Assembly (NCBI RefSeq): GCF_001194135.2 | Contig: NC_068996.1 | Coordinates: 29,079,597 to 29,125,544 of the forward strand | Direction of reading: 5' to 3' | Length of the DNA stretch: 45,948 nucleotides | Source of the DNA: Octopus bimaculoides | Lineage: Eukaryota | Part shown: in pieces, positions 1-11,829 of the stretch | How positions within the stretch are numbered: position 1 is the first letter of the stretch | Layout: each line of letters starts with the position of its first letter | Notes under the pieces: generated by a model | What the model was told of the DNA's origin: nothing | The model's input: only the letters and a program-made list of their open reading frames with translations | The model's database searches: none | Position numbers and translations under genes: made by a program

Positions 1-74
1 AAAAGAAAATTAACACCAAATATACAGTGCGTGTGTTTTTATTGGCTAAACTGGCAACATGACCATCCCCAAGT

Positions 75-83
<9 letters not shown>

Positions 84-115
<32 letters not shown>
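84..115. repeat. (AT)n microsatellite
   Basis: Direct dinucleotide run. Confidence 0.95.
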
Positions 116-118
<3 letters not shown>

Positions 119-1107
119 TTGTCCAAAATCACACAGCTGGAGTAAATGGTGAAGGGAGAGGAGTGAAAAAGTAATTCAGTGAAGGAGAAGTAGTGAGAGT
201 AATAGCCATGACTAAGAGGGAGTGAGAGAAAGTAATAGCAATGAGAGAGAGGAAGTGGCAAAGAGAGTGTTGTGTATCTTCTACTATAATAATCTACTAT
301 AATAATATTCTTGTGTATTTCTCCGTCACAACATATAAATAAGAAAGGAAGGGGTGATCCCCCAATGGAAATGGGATGGTGAAAAGTCAATGGTGAAACA
401 AAAATCAAACACTGCTTGAACTCTGTGCGAGTATATGTGTGTGCATGTAAAAGGGAGGAATGTGAATGTTTGTGTGTGTGTGTGTATGTGTGTGTGTTTG
501 TATAAAATATATTTATATATTTGAGTAAGTGTATATGTGTTCCTGTATGTTTATTTAGAAAGATACATAGAAAATAGAATTACAGACACTCATTCATTTA
601 CACATACATATAAACAGACACACTTAAAAAGGAAGGAAGCAGGCTGTGATAAAGTATAGAAAACTGTGTTCACTACAGACTGTGCTACTCATACATATAA
701 ATGTATACATATGCACACATGCTCTCTCTCTCTCACACAGACACAGAGTTGAAGCACTGTTTGATTGTTTTTCACCTTTTTATACCAATTTTATATATAA
801 AATACTACAATTAGTCATCACTATTGACAGGACGGGGTCAGCTTGTATGATTATAAATGTCATAAACTGTATACATTTGAAGCCATGAAATTGTATGTGA
901 AGTCAGCACATTGAAAAAGGTTGACTGATGAACATTTGTATATATTTTTCATTGTCTTGAATTAACAGTTTTTCAATATTTTGTTTTATTTGTCAAGTTA
1001 CAACAAAAGCAGCTTAGCATTCAAAGTAGAGGCTGTTATGTTTACCCATCTCAAACCACCTTACTACTAGTTCTGATCCCATTCTGATACCAGTTCTTGT
1101 CCTTTGA

Positions 1108-1290
1108 GATGAGCTTCAGGAAACTGTTGCCAAACATGGGCATTGCAAACACAAGGTCATGCTCTACATCAGGTGGAATTATGAGAGGACAATTCACTAT
1201 AAGTTCATTCTGGATGGTCAAACCATCAATGCCAACCTATACTCCAAACAACCGGAGTGGATGCATACCATTTTGTGGCAAACGTGGGGA
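1108..1290 (+). mobile_element. Mariner transposase fragment (decayed)
   Basis: One frame reads DELQETVAKHGHCKHKVMLYIRWNYERTIHYKFILDGQTINANLYSKQ, matching the mariner segment xKPxLHPKKVMLCIWWxxxGxIHYELLxxGQTINAxLYxxQL. No TIRs seen. Confidence 0.8.
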
Positions 1291-1627
1291 CTTCATGACT
1301 GTGAACGCTTTCTTACATCAGATTATGATGGGATGTATTAATTTAAATATTAGCAGTTTAAAATGAGAGGTCTTTGTATGATAGGACCAAAGACTATATC
1401 AAGCAGTTTATTTTCAAAATGGTTTGTAGTTACCTACTGATTGAGCTAAAAGTTTCATATTAGATAGCAATTCAAACAATTCAGATAAGAGAACAAATGA
1501 AATTTGGAATTTGCTCATAAAAATTATGTACAACAAATGTATCAACAAAAGTATGGAGTGTTTATCAGATACAATCAACAAATACTGATATGAGAATAGT
1601 ATATATATATAAAAAATGACCTTTAAA

Positions 1628-1980
1628 AGAAATAAAGTATCAAGTGACCAGGTCACAAATGTACCACTGCTGTTTATAAGTATTGAAAGCCTGATATACA
1701 GCAATGTTGAGTACCAGCAATTAGGTTATTGTAGATGTTTCACCACAGTCTATAACAACTGACCAACTATCTTATTTTGAAATAAAGTATCAAATGACTA
1801 GGTCATAAATGGACTGTTAGAAACTATAAAGAACTAACTAACAACCTAAATGTAATAAATACAGTGAAGTAGAATATCAATAACCAAGTTATAGATGTAT
1901 AGCTACAGTCTATAACAACTGACAAACTGGCTTAAACAAATACAGTGAAATAGAAAATGAGTGATCAGTAGTTGATGACT
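1628..1980. repeat. Degenerate ~75-80 bp tandem repeat
   Basis: Recurring blocks AAATAAAGTATCAA (~1630, ~1780), AAATACAGTGAARTAGAA (~1858, ~1938) and CAGTCTATAACAACTGAC (~1747, ~1906). Confidence 0.55.
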
Positions 1981-2439
1981 GCCCCCCCCCCCATCCCACA
2001 TAGCCAAAAAGCACTGACCAACAACTAAGTTCCAACTGAGGAATAGAGTCTCAAGAGCCATAACTCAGATGTCTATAAATATCTTCAATAGGTTTCACGA
2101 GTGTACCACAATGCAAATACTGGAACAGTATCAACGTAAGCGATCAGGTTGCATTTGGTGATAAAAATTTTGACACCAAACTCATAAGTGAAGTTAACAG
2201 CATTTGGTGTGCTTCTGAATGACTAATATGTGTCTCCCATATTATAATTGTTTTACTTTCATCACACGGTATCAAAAACCATGCCAAAACTGACACTGGG
2301 TCTCAGAGTAACTCTGCAGCTTGCTAGATCTTTTCAAACAGTTCAACCATACAAGCATGGAAAACAGACTCTAAGGTGTAGTTGTCTTCTAGTTGATCCT
2401 ATGTATATCAATCTGACAGAGTGTGTTATTTAATACACT

Positions 2440-2900
2440 GCATTGGATTTAAAGGCCAGATCTCTCAGTGCTGTTTTTTTAACAAGATATCTGGCTTCCC
2501 CATCAGAATCATGAGGTGGGATCACACACTCAGACACTACCTCTCATACATCAATAATACACTGGACACATGCTGCTTAAACCAATATCCAATCAGAACA
2601 ATACAACCAATGGACAGTGTCTGCTCATGATTTATATCCAATGCTGTGTACCAAATGATGTGTTCTTGTGGGTTGACATACATAGGATTGATCAGATGAC
2701 AACTTCACCTTGGAATGAAGGAACATCTCTCCAAAGCCACACCACCCAATGCTGTGTTCCAACATCATCAACACTGTGATGGCTATTTCACTATCTGTCT
2801 ACTGCAAGGGGAACAGATACGGTTAATCTCAGATCACAGAGGTGCACTTCATTAAGAAGAAGGCCCTTAGCCTCCTCTGTAATGAACTGGATGCATGGAA
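2440..2900 (+). mobile_element. Penelope-like element, GIY-YIG endonuclease remnant
   Basis: From 2640 reads NAVYQMMCSCGLTYIGLIR*QLHLGMKEHLSKATPPNAVFQHHQHC, fitting the PLE pattern NxVYxxxCxCxxxYIGxTxRxLxxRxxEH. Carries stops and frameshifts. Confidence 0.8.
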
Positions 2901-3368
2901 ACACAGCTAAAGCTTCCAAGATCTTTAATCAGCACTGGCAATAGCAATCATCAAAGAAGAACAAAAAGATAAGGATTAAGAAAGTCTGATGAATCATTGA
3001 TTTAAAAGTGCTTATGAAATAAGTTATAACACTCAGCAACAAGGCTCTCTACAGGTCACATGCCACAAGTATGGTAAACTATCTATCTGTCTGTCTATCT
3101 ATCTATCAACCAATCTACTTTTATATCTACTTAAACCATTTATATATCCTTAATCTTTTACATCTATGAACCTTTAAAACTTTTATACCCATAAATCTGT
3201 TATGGAAAAATTAAACCTCTATATAACTCCTTAGACTCTACCACTTTTTATTGTATCTTAGCTTGTTTTATTTTATTCTACCCTTCAACCTCCTCCTTTA
3301 TCTTCTTACTAAATGGCATTACCCTATTTTCTTACCATACTCTAACCATGTTGCTTGAGATACACCAA

Positions 3369-3371
<3 letters not shown>

Positions 3372-3418
<47 letters not shown>
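3372..3418. repeat. (AT)n microsatellite
   Basis: Direct run. Confidence 0.95.
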
Positions 3419-3421
<3 letters not shown>

Positions 3422-3437
3422 CCTATATCTATATCTA

Positions 3438-3917
3438 CAGGGTGGGTGGAAAGTAACTAGGCATTAGAATTTTTAGTATTACTGAAGTCATGATGGAAAC
3501 ATTTTTAAACAGACAACACTAATGGGGATTTCTTATTTCCTTATTGTCTTATTTCTTATTTTCCGGATGGCTGGTTGTTTGACTGTTCAGGAGCAAGCTA
3601 AGATAGCAGCATACTATGAAGTGTGGAATTCCATTGTTTTAGTTCAGAGATGGTGGTGTGCATGGAAAGATAAGCATGCATCACTGAATCTGGAGATAAT
3701 AAAAAGGTGTCATGCAGAACTGATGACCACAGGCTTTGTGAACAATGCAAGAAGTGGCCATCCAACCACATCCCAATGAGTGGAGAACATGGCAACAATA
3801 CAGGAAATTATTATTATTATTCAAGTCATTGCCTGGAATCGAACTTGGAATCTTGGGGTTAGTGGCTTGCGCTCTTAACCACTATGCCATATGCCCGAGT
3901 TCGATTCCAGGAAGTGA

Positions 3918-3971
<54 letters not shown>

Positions 3972-4537
3972 TACTACTACTAATAATAATAATAATGATA
4001 CTACTACTAATAATAATAATGCAGGACATGTTTAATCATAGCCTGCAAAAATCAACATGTCAAGCAGCTCGTGAAAGTGGACTAACAAGACACACAATAC
4101 AATATGGTGTTGCATAAAGAATTGAATTTTCGACCATGGAAATCCCATTACATGCAGGAGCTAAAATCTGAAGACTGTGACTGCAGAAGTGCAGAATTTC
4201 AAGAAATCCAGATCTCACTCCATGTGATTTTTACCTGTGGGGTTACACAAAAGTGGAGGTATACAAGACAATACCTTGCACACTGGAGGACTTGGAGACA
4301 TGGATTCAGGAGGTTCTCAATGATATCCCAGATGATGTCCTTCAGAAGGTTATTCATTCCATCCCTGGCCGTTTGAGGAAACTGGTTGATGCCACCAGTG
4401 CTTATGTTGAAACATAAAGATTTATTTTCATTTTCCAATGTAATAAAGAATATGTATCATTAGTTTCAATATATTTGTAAAAGGAATATGGACATTTTTA
4501 TGAATTTTTAATGCTTACTTACTTTTCACCCACCCTG
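3438..4537 (+). mobile_element. Internally deleted IS630-Tc1-mariner element with DUF4817-like N-terminal HTH
   Basis: 28-bp TIRs CAGGGTGGGTGGAAAGTAACTAGGCATT (3438-3465) and reverse complement (4510-4537), 3 mismatches, TA on both sides. N-terminus MAGCLTVQEQAKIAAYYEVWNSIVLVQRWW...RSGHPTTS; C-terminus PDLTPCDFYLWGYTKVEVYKTIPCTLEDLETWIQEVL. Most of the catalytic core is deleted near 4200. Confidence 0.9.
3806..4017. mobile_element. Fold-back tRNA-like SINE insert with (AAT)n tails, inside the transposase
   Basis: 3807-3896 is a minus-strand tRNA-like head (A box TGGCATAGTGG, B box GTTCGATTCC) with an (AAT)n tail. 3897-4020 is the plus-strand 3' half plus (AAT)n. Flanked by AATACAGGA / AATGCAGGA (putative TSD). 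Confidence 0.8.
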
Positions 4538-4619
4538 TATATCTATAATCAGTAATGATTTAAAAGCAGCACTAGTGTTGTAAACATTATCAACTGCAAC
4601 ATAGTCAATATATGTGTTT

Positions 4620-5560
4620 TGCATGTTCGCTGCAATAAAGCACCTAGAAGATGACTCTCTCATTGCACTGGGTGTTAAACCACCTGAAAGTCATAGACAG
4701 GCAAAACAACTCACCCCAGATCTCATTTATGAGTAATGGATACCAATATTTCACCAGTTTCATGGCTTATTAGCATCACATACCTGAATCAAACTGGAGA
4801 CGAACTGAATTGCCAGTCTATGACTAAATATAAATAGTGTAAAAACTATTTGTCACAATGGTGCAGACACAGCTTGCAGGACTACAAACCTTTGTGATTC
4901 CAAATGCATTGAATGATTAACCACTGCAAATCATCAGGAGAACACTTTATCACATTGGGTTACAGAGATCAAATGTCTAAAGTTAGACACTTATGAATAC
5001 CTTTCTGAAGAAAAACAGTGTTGCAAATGATGAGTTCAAATTCAATGCAAAGCTGAAGAAGGTGAAGACCATTACTATTCATCTCATCTAATCCATGCTT
5101 CCCTAGTGTATCCCAGATCTCATGATCAACATGGATTTTAAAAGATAGAAAGCCATGATAGATTCACTGCTGCTGTCAAAAGTAGGAGCATAAACAGAAA
5201 GAACAGTCATAAAAAAAAGTTGCATAGTAAAAGAGCTTGAAAGTGCATGATTCTGTCATTGAAACCATGAAGTTGTCTGGTTTGTGGGTTAACTCTGTAT
5301 GAATGGCAAAGCCAACACCCCATTTAGCTTACCCTTCCGGAAGATGTATCTAGTATTTGTTTCTCTCAATTGATCTTCATTGCACCACTGGGCTTCAGAG
5401 AGTGCAGCAATGTCAATACCGTGCTGAGCCAACTCTTTTGCTACTTGGCTAGTTCATCATTCTGGGTTACTCAATCTTTGTAATCAAGAAGTATCCTGAC
5501 ATTCCACTTTCCCACCCTTAATCTGTATTTCTTGCTTATGTGTTGCCTCTTTATGATTCT
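4620..5560 (-). mobile_element. RTE-clade LINE, AP-endonuclease remnant
   Basis: Minus-strand pieces read SQVAKELAQHGIDIAALSE, GVGFAIHTELT...FNDRIMH and GLDEMNSNGLHLLQLCIEFELIICNT. Many stops. Confidence 0.8.
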
Positions 5561-5793
5561 CTTGCTGTTGTGAAAAGCTGTCAGCTGCGAATTGCTGACC
5601 AGCTTAATGGTAGAATAGACATTATCCAATATATACTTAATTCTTTTAAGATAGTAGGATGTGCTTTGAGGAGATTAAGTTGCAGTATCAAGTAAATTTC
5701 TCAACTCATATATCTAGTATATAAGAAGATACCTAGTATGTAGCAATATATTTGTATGTATGGAATATCATGTGCTATATTCATCATCTTCCC

Positions 5794-6085
5794 CATCATC
5801 ATTTAATGTCCATCTTCCATGCATGCATGGATAGGATGGATACCAGCAGCCAACCAGATAGAAAAACTACCTAGGCTACTGAGTCTGTTTTAGCAGGGAT
5901 TTTTATGGCTGGATGCCCTTCCTAACACCAACCACTCTGCAGAGTAGACTCAGTGCTTTTTATGTGGTACTAGCACAGGCAAAGTTAGTTTTGGCATGAT
6001 TTTTACAGCTGGATGCCCTTCCAAATGCCAACCACCTTAAAGTGTAGACTGGATGCTTTTAATGTGGCACCAGCACTGGCAGGGT
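5794..6085 (-). mobile_element. Decayed SINE-like repeat ((GAT)n-tailed family)
   Basis: CATCATC tail and GCTGGATGCCCTTCCTAACACCAACCAC core shared with copies at 10.1, 11.3, 23.0 and 26.3 kb. The core occurs twice here. Confidence 0.75.
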
Positions 6086-6307
6086 AACCAAGTAACACTC
6101 AACACAAGGAGTTATGAAAAGGGCAGGGCATTTGAGGATGGGAACCTGTGTCAGAGGATGAAAGGTTAGAGTGTGACAAAGACAGAAAGACAAAAGCCAC
6201 AACAGAGGAGGTGATCCAGTATCAAATGATGAAAGGTTAGAGTATAACAGAGAAACAGAGAGGCAGAAATACATGTCTTGCTATAGAGGAGGTACATGGT
6301 TACCCAG

Positions 6308-6450
6308 TGAGAGAGAGAGAGAGAGGGGGAGAGAGAGAAAGAGAAAGAAGGAGGAGATAGAGAGTGAGAAAGAGAAAGGAGTGATCAAAGGGAAAGAGAG
6401 AGAGAGAGAGAGTAGGAAACAGCAAAAGTGTAAGAAAGAGTAGAAGAGAG
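6308..6450. repeat. (GA)n / purine-rich simple repeat
   Basis: Direct inspection. Confidence 0.85.
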
Positions 6451-7378
6451 ATGGTGTAGTGCTAGGGTATACTCATGAGTAACAAGAATATGAGCATAGA
6501 ACCTGGCTGGGTAGAAATAATATGATGGTAGTGTGCAATTACAGGACGATTTGGTAGTTACTTCTAGCAGATTGAGTGACTGCAGGAAAATTCATTTATT
6601 GGCTCACTTTTTGCTTAATTGTTAACCTCAGGCTGGTACTGATAGAGTAGAACTATGATCAAAAGTATATAAGCTGTGTTTGTTGACCATATAGGAATAT
6701 AGTATATATACTGCATTCATTTAGTAATTCTACCATTTTCTGTACAGAGACTATTTTGAATATTGCATTTTTCTAGTTCTGTCCTCTTTTATTTTAATGT
6801 GTGGACCAATGCTTTTTTCTAAAAATGCACTTTTTAAAAGTATATATAAAATATTTTTTTCTTGGTATATGTATCATATATGTATATATATATTTTTTTT
6901 TTTTGGAAGGAAGTATATGTATGGTGTTGCATACCAATATTTTTTGGATAAGTATCAATTCTATCCAAGTATCTGAGCTAATTTTTTTTAGTACACATAC
7001 TAATTTTTTAAAAGCATATCAACATATCTACCTATTTTTAAAAAATATATATATTCCAATTTTATCTTTCATTTCACTGATTTGTTTTGATTAATTTTTA
7101 CTGTAACTCTGGCAAGCTGCATTTTCTAGTAACTTAATAATTACTGTCAAACAATTACATAATTAAGATAAAGTTTACATACACACATACACATGTGCAC
7201 ATGCACACACATCATAATGTGCATAGCAATTTCTTCTTTATAAATGCCATCTAATTTTACAGCATATCCTGTGAATCTTCACTGTGTATGCTAATATTCT
7301 TCAGTGAATCTAACAATTTATTAGAGTGTGTAACCTATTTATTTTTGACATATATTTTTAGAATACGTACAGTATATA

Positions 7379-7784
7379 GGCGCAGGAATGGCTGTGTGGT
7401 AAGTAGCTTGCTTACCACCACATGGTTCCGGGTTCAGTCCTGCTGCGTGGCACCTTGGGCAAGTGTCTTCTACTATAGCCTCGGGCCGACCAAAGCCTTG
7501 TGAGTGGATTTGGTAGACGGAAACTGAAAGAAGCCCGTCGTATATATGTATATATATATATATATGTGTGTGTCTTTGTGTGTCTGTGTTTGTCCTCCTA
7601 GCATTGCTTGACAACCGATGCTGGTGTGTTTATGTCACTTAGCGGTTCGGCAAAAAGAGACCGATAGAATAAGTACTAGGCTTACAAAGAATAAGTCCCG
7701 GGGTCGATTTGCTCGACTAAAGGCGGTGCTCCAGCATGGCCGCAGTCAAATGACTGAAACAAGTAAAAGTGTAAAAAGTGTAAA
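7379..7784 (+). mobile_element. Full-length tRNA-derived SINE
   Basis: Head GGCGCAGGAATGGCTGTGTGGTAAG...GGGTTCAGTCC, body GCACCTTGGGCAAGTGTCTT, internal (TA)/(TG) tract, GTAAAA-type tail. Putative TSD AGTATAT (7371-7377, 7785-7791). CpGs retained. Confidence 0.9.
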
Positions 7785-8429
7785 AGTATATGTTTAGAAT
7801 AAATACTATTTCTTTAGTATGTAAACTACATACTGCTATATTAAGTGTAATATTTTTTTTACTATAAATTCTAATTTCTATAGTGTATGAACTACATACT
7901 TCTAAAGTGCACAATATATTTTTTTTTACTGTATGTATAATTTTTTTCAAGATATGAATTAAATATTTTTAATATATTTACAGTATTTTTTTAGTAAATG
8001 AATTAAATTCATGGAGTATATGTACTAATGTTTTCTTTTTTAATATGTAACACTTTTTCTCAATAAATGTGACAATTTCTTAAAATAAATGATGCATATC
8101 ATTTTGATATGTTAGTATTTTTTTGTATAAGTATCAATGTTTTTAATCTATGTAACATAATTTTTTGTGTATGTAGAGTATCTTTTTTCTTTTAGTTCAT
8201 GTACCAATTTTCTTTGTAATACATGCACATGTCCTTTTGCATTATCATGTTTGAAAAACTTGTGAATAAAATAGTGAGCTTATTGTATACACTGCTCATA
8301 TGCATGTACAGATGTACACACATATGTATGTATGCATGCATGCATACATACATATATATGCAAATTCAGTACATATGTTTTGCATATGTACTGAATTTTA
8401 GGTAAATCTCTTATCCATTTTAATTGTAA

Positions 8430-8600
8430 GTATTGTATGACTGAATGGTTAAGTAGTTTGCTGACAATCATCAAATCTGAGCTTTGATACTCCAGCATAG
8501 CACCTTTCACAAGTGACTTTTGCCATAGCCTTGAATGGACCCAAGCCTTGTGAAGGAAACTAGACAGATATAGACAGAAAGTGTGTGGAAGCTTGTTGAA
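8430..8600 (+). mobile_element. Decayed 5' fragment of the same tRNA-SINE family
   Basis: TGACTGAATGGTTAAGTAGTTTGCT...AAGCCTTGTGAAGGAAAC resembles the 7379 head. Confidence 0.6.
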
Positions 8601-8762
8601 CATATTTTACCAGTAATTCAAAGGTCAGACAGTTTTACTGATTCTGTCAGAAGGTCAATTTAAGTGTACATGTGCCTGTGGAATGCTCAACCATTTTGTA
8701 CATTAATTTAATAAGTAACAATCTGGACATTCATTATTAAAACTGATAGAAACCCATTTACT

Positions 8763-8982
8763 TTAACCCTTTAGCATTCAGATTACTCTGTCAAGTTTAT
8801 TTCTTATTCATTCACATTGTTTTGAATTAATCATCTGTAGCTTTGAGATTTTGATGATGCAATTGCTTATTTTGAGAACAACATTGTAGGGTAAATGTGA
8901 AAGGCTATATCTGGTCAGTTTGAACATAAACTAAGTGGAATATTTGGATGTGATATGGCCAGTTTAAATGCTGAAGGTTTGA
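8763..8982. mobile_element. piggyBac-type MITE
   Basis: TTAA|CCCTTTAGCATT at left; AATGCTGAAGGT|TTGA at right (decayed TIR and TTAA target). ~210 bp, non-coding. Confidence 0.6.
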
Positions 8983-9024
8983 ATGATTGTTATTTAGTTA
9001 TTTAGAACATCTAATAGCTTTGAT

Positions 9025-9028
<4 letters not shown>

Positions 9029-9092
<64 letters not shown>
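9029..9092. repeat. (AT)n microsatellite
   Basis: Direct run. Confidence 0.95.
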
Positions 9093-9094
<2 letters not shown>

Positions 9095-9654
9095 TGTATG
9101 AGTGGCTGTGTGGTAAGTAGCTGGCAGTGAGCTGGCAGAAATGTTAGCACACCGGGCAAAATGCTTAGCGGTATTTCGTCTGCTGTTACGTTCTGAGTGC
9201 AAAGTCCACCGAAGTCGACTTTGCCTTTCATCCTTACGGGGTCAATGAATTAAGTACCAGTTATGCACTGGGGTCGATATAATCGACTTAATACCTTTGT
9301 CTGTCCTTGTTTGTCCCCTCTATGTTTAGCTCCTTGTGGGCAATAAAGAAACAAGTAGCTTGCTTAAAAGTCACATGGTTCTGGGTTCAGTCCCACTGCG
9401 TGGCACCTTGGGCAAGTGTCTTCTACTATAACCTTGGGCCGACCAAAGCCTTGTGAGTGGATTTGGTAGATGGAAACTGAAAGAAGCCCGCTGTATATAT
9501 GTATGTATGTGTGTGTATATGTTTGTGTGTCTGTGTTTGTCACCCCAACATCGCTTGACAACTGATGCTGGTGTGTTTACGTCCCCGTAACTTAGCAGTT
9601 CGGCAAAAGAGACTGATAGAATAAGTACTAGGCTTACAAAGAATAAATCCTAGG
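9093..9654 (+). mobile_element. tRNA-SINE (same family as 7379), interrupted by a second SINE and running into a gap
   Basis: Head 9093-9122 resumes at 9353 and stays collinear with 7379-7700. Confidence 0.9.
9123..9352 (+). mobile_element. Nested SINE with Nin/Deu-like central domain
   Basis: Perfect 8-bp TSD AAGTAGCT (9115-9122, 9353-9360). Core GCCTTTCATCCTTACGGGGTCAATGAATTAAGTACCAG resembles the Deu/Nin domain as I recall it; domain name unverified. Confidence 0.85.
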
Positions 9655-9910
9655 NNNNNNNNNNNNNNNNNNNNNNNNNNNNNNNNNNNNNNNNNNNNNN
9701 NNNNNNNNNNNNNNNNNNNNNNNNNNNNNNNNNNNNNNNNNNNNNNNNNNNNNNNNNNNNNNNNNNNNNNNNNNNNNNNNNNNNNNNNNNNNNNNNNNNN
9801 NNNNNNNNNNNNNNNNNNNNNNNNNNNNNNNNNNNNNNNNNNNNNNNNNNNNNNNNNNNNNNNNNNNNNNNNNNNNNNNNNNNNNNNNNNNNNNNNNNNN
9901 NNNNNNNNNN
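9655..9910. other. Assembly gap (N run)
   Basis: Ns. Confidence 1.
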
Positions 9911-10636
9911 ATTAATAATTAAAAGCACAATAAATGAGTATAATATAATACAAAATAAATATCATAAGATAAAGATAATAAAATAACTACACGTGTTTCA
10001 TAACTAATTTTCAAATAGAAAGGAAATTTAAATCGATTAAAATCAATTAAAATTATCGAAAATAGAATGTATTCAAAAATACAGCTAATCGTCAGGTCTA
10101 AATACAACAATCATCATCATCATCATCATCGTTTAACGTCCGCTTTCCATGCTAGCATGGGTTGGACGATTTGACTGAGGACTGGTGAAACCGGATGGCA
10201 ACACCAGGCTCCAGTCTGATTTGGCAGAGTTTCTACAGCTGGATGCCCTTCCTAACGCCAACCACTCAGAGAGTGTAGTGGGTGCTTTTACGTGTCACCC
10301 GCACGAAAACGGCCACGCTCGAAATGGTGTCTTTTATGTGCCACCCGCACAAGCCAGTCCAGGGGCACTGGCAACGATCTCGCTCGAATAATAATAATAA
10401 TAAATAAATATATATATATCAACCAACAATAAGTACCAAATGAATTTATATAAAATACTTATTTTATAAAGATAGAAAAATATTATTAAAAATATCAAAA
10501 TAATAAACATTCCATAATCATCCCTACATCCATTATAATATATGCTAACATGTATATTATATATAAAAACCAGCTTACATAAATTATTATCGTTTTAAAT
10601 ATATTATACTCATTTATTGTGCTTTTAATTATTAAT
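9911..10636. mobile_element. AT-rich region bounded by a perfect 36-bp inverted repeat (possible MITE/foldback element)
   Basis: 9911-9946 is the exact reverse complement of 10601-10636. The left end lies in the gap. Confidence 0.55.
10111..10390 (-). mobile_element. Young 5'-truncated copy of the (GAT)n-tailed SINE-like family
   Basis: CATCAT tail, GTTTAACGTCCGCTTTCCATGCTAGCATGGG..., CpG-rich. Confidence 0.9.
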
Positions 10637-10830
10637 TTTTCTATATGTGACAGTGGATTTTCATTGATGAGTTCATGAACCTTGGTTCTTTCCCCTAAAA
10701 CTATATGTTTATATATATATATATCAACACATCAGCACACTAGCTGACATACACCCATTAGTTTAAAATATTACACACACTGCACATTTTCAGTGTTTAT
10801 TGCTCCTGAGCATCTGCCACATATATATAC

Positions 10831-10861
<31 letters not shown>

Positions 10862-10868
10862 TGCATAT

Positions 10869-11492
10869 GGGATGTAGCCAGCCCACTTACGCGTAACATT
10901 CCTTCATTGGACATTAAACTCTGCTTGTGAAGACATGGTGAGGCAAGTGAAATCGGAATCGAACTAAATTTGTAGGAACACTAAACTCGGCTTGCGAAGA
11001 CCTGTTGGGGCAAGCGAAAGCGAAATCGAGATGGCACTTGTATCAGTGTGGCACGTAAATAGCACCAGCGTGATCGTTACCCAACGTCGCCTTCCTGGCA
11101 CTTGTGCCAGTGGCACATGCAAAGACATTCGAGTAAGATCGTTTGTTGCCTTCTTGGCACTTGTGCCAGTAGCACGTGAAAAGACATTCGAGCGAGATTG
11201 TTGCCAGTGCCAATGGCTCCTGTGCAGGTGGCACATAAAATACACCATTTCGAGCGTGGCCGTCACCAGTACTGCCTGAGTGGCTCTTGTGCCGGTGGCA
11301 CATAAAACACCCACTACACTCTCGGAGTGGTTGGCGTTAGGAAGGGCATCCAGCTGTAGAAACTCTGCCAAATCAGATTGGAGCCTGGTGTCGCCTCCTG
11401 GTCCACCAGTCCTCAGTCAAATCGTCCAACCCATGCTAGCATGGAAAGCGGACATTAAACGACGACGACGACGATGATGATGATGACGATGA
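10869..11492 (+). mobile_element. Long copy of the (GAT)n-tailed SINE-like family with internal ~60-bp tandem array
   Basis: Units start at 11048, 11110, 11169, 11228 and 11295 (GTRGCAC...). The 3' part is the reverse complement of 10131-10390. (GAC/GAT)n tail. Confidence 0.9.
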
Positions 11493-11829
11493 TATATATA
11501 TTAAACACACAGAGAGTATTTTTATATGTATCAATTATTTAGTATATGCACTGTGTTTTTATTTTAATTAATAAAAAATTAATTAAAATATAACTTCTTT
11601 GATTTGATCAGATTGGCTGCAATGTGATTTAATATATATACCTTTTATTTTTTACTCCACTCAAAGCTTTGATTGAAGGTGTCACACAGTGAGACTGAAC
11701 CCAAAACCATGTGGCTGGGAATCAAGCTTCATATAACACAACCATGCATGTGTCTGGAATGTATTTTTTTTAGGAAATGCCCAGCACAATGAGGACAGAC
11801 ATGTTTACAAAACCTTCTAAATATATCTA

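Noticed and set aside
2986-3025. Hammerhead at CTGATGA downstream of the first PLE remnant
   Set aside because: Only a 3-4 bp stem follows, with no adjacent GAAA and no stem III.
7379-7450. tRNA genes at SINE heads (also 3807-3896 and 44952-45020)
   Set aside because: A and B boxes are present but there is no full cloverleaf, and each continues into a SINE body or tail with TSDs.
6780-8270. Structured repeat in the T-run-rich AT tracts flanking the 7379 SINE
   Set aside because: No consistent unit length by eye; treated as low-complexity sequence.
11048-11310. CRISPR-like repeat array
   Set aside because: Units are whole degenerate tandem repeats without unique spacers, lie inside a SINE in eukaryotic DNA, and have no cas genes nearby.
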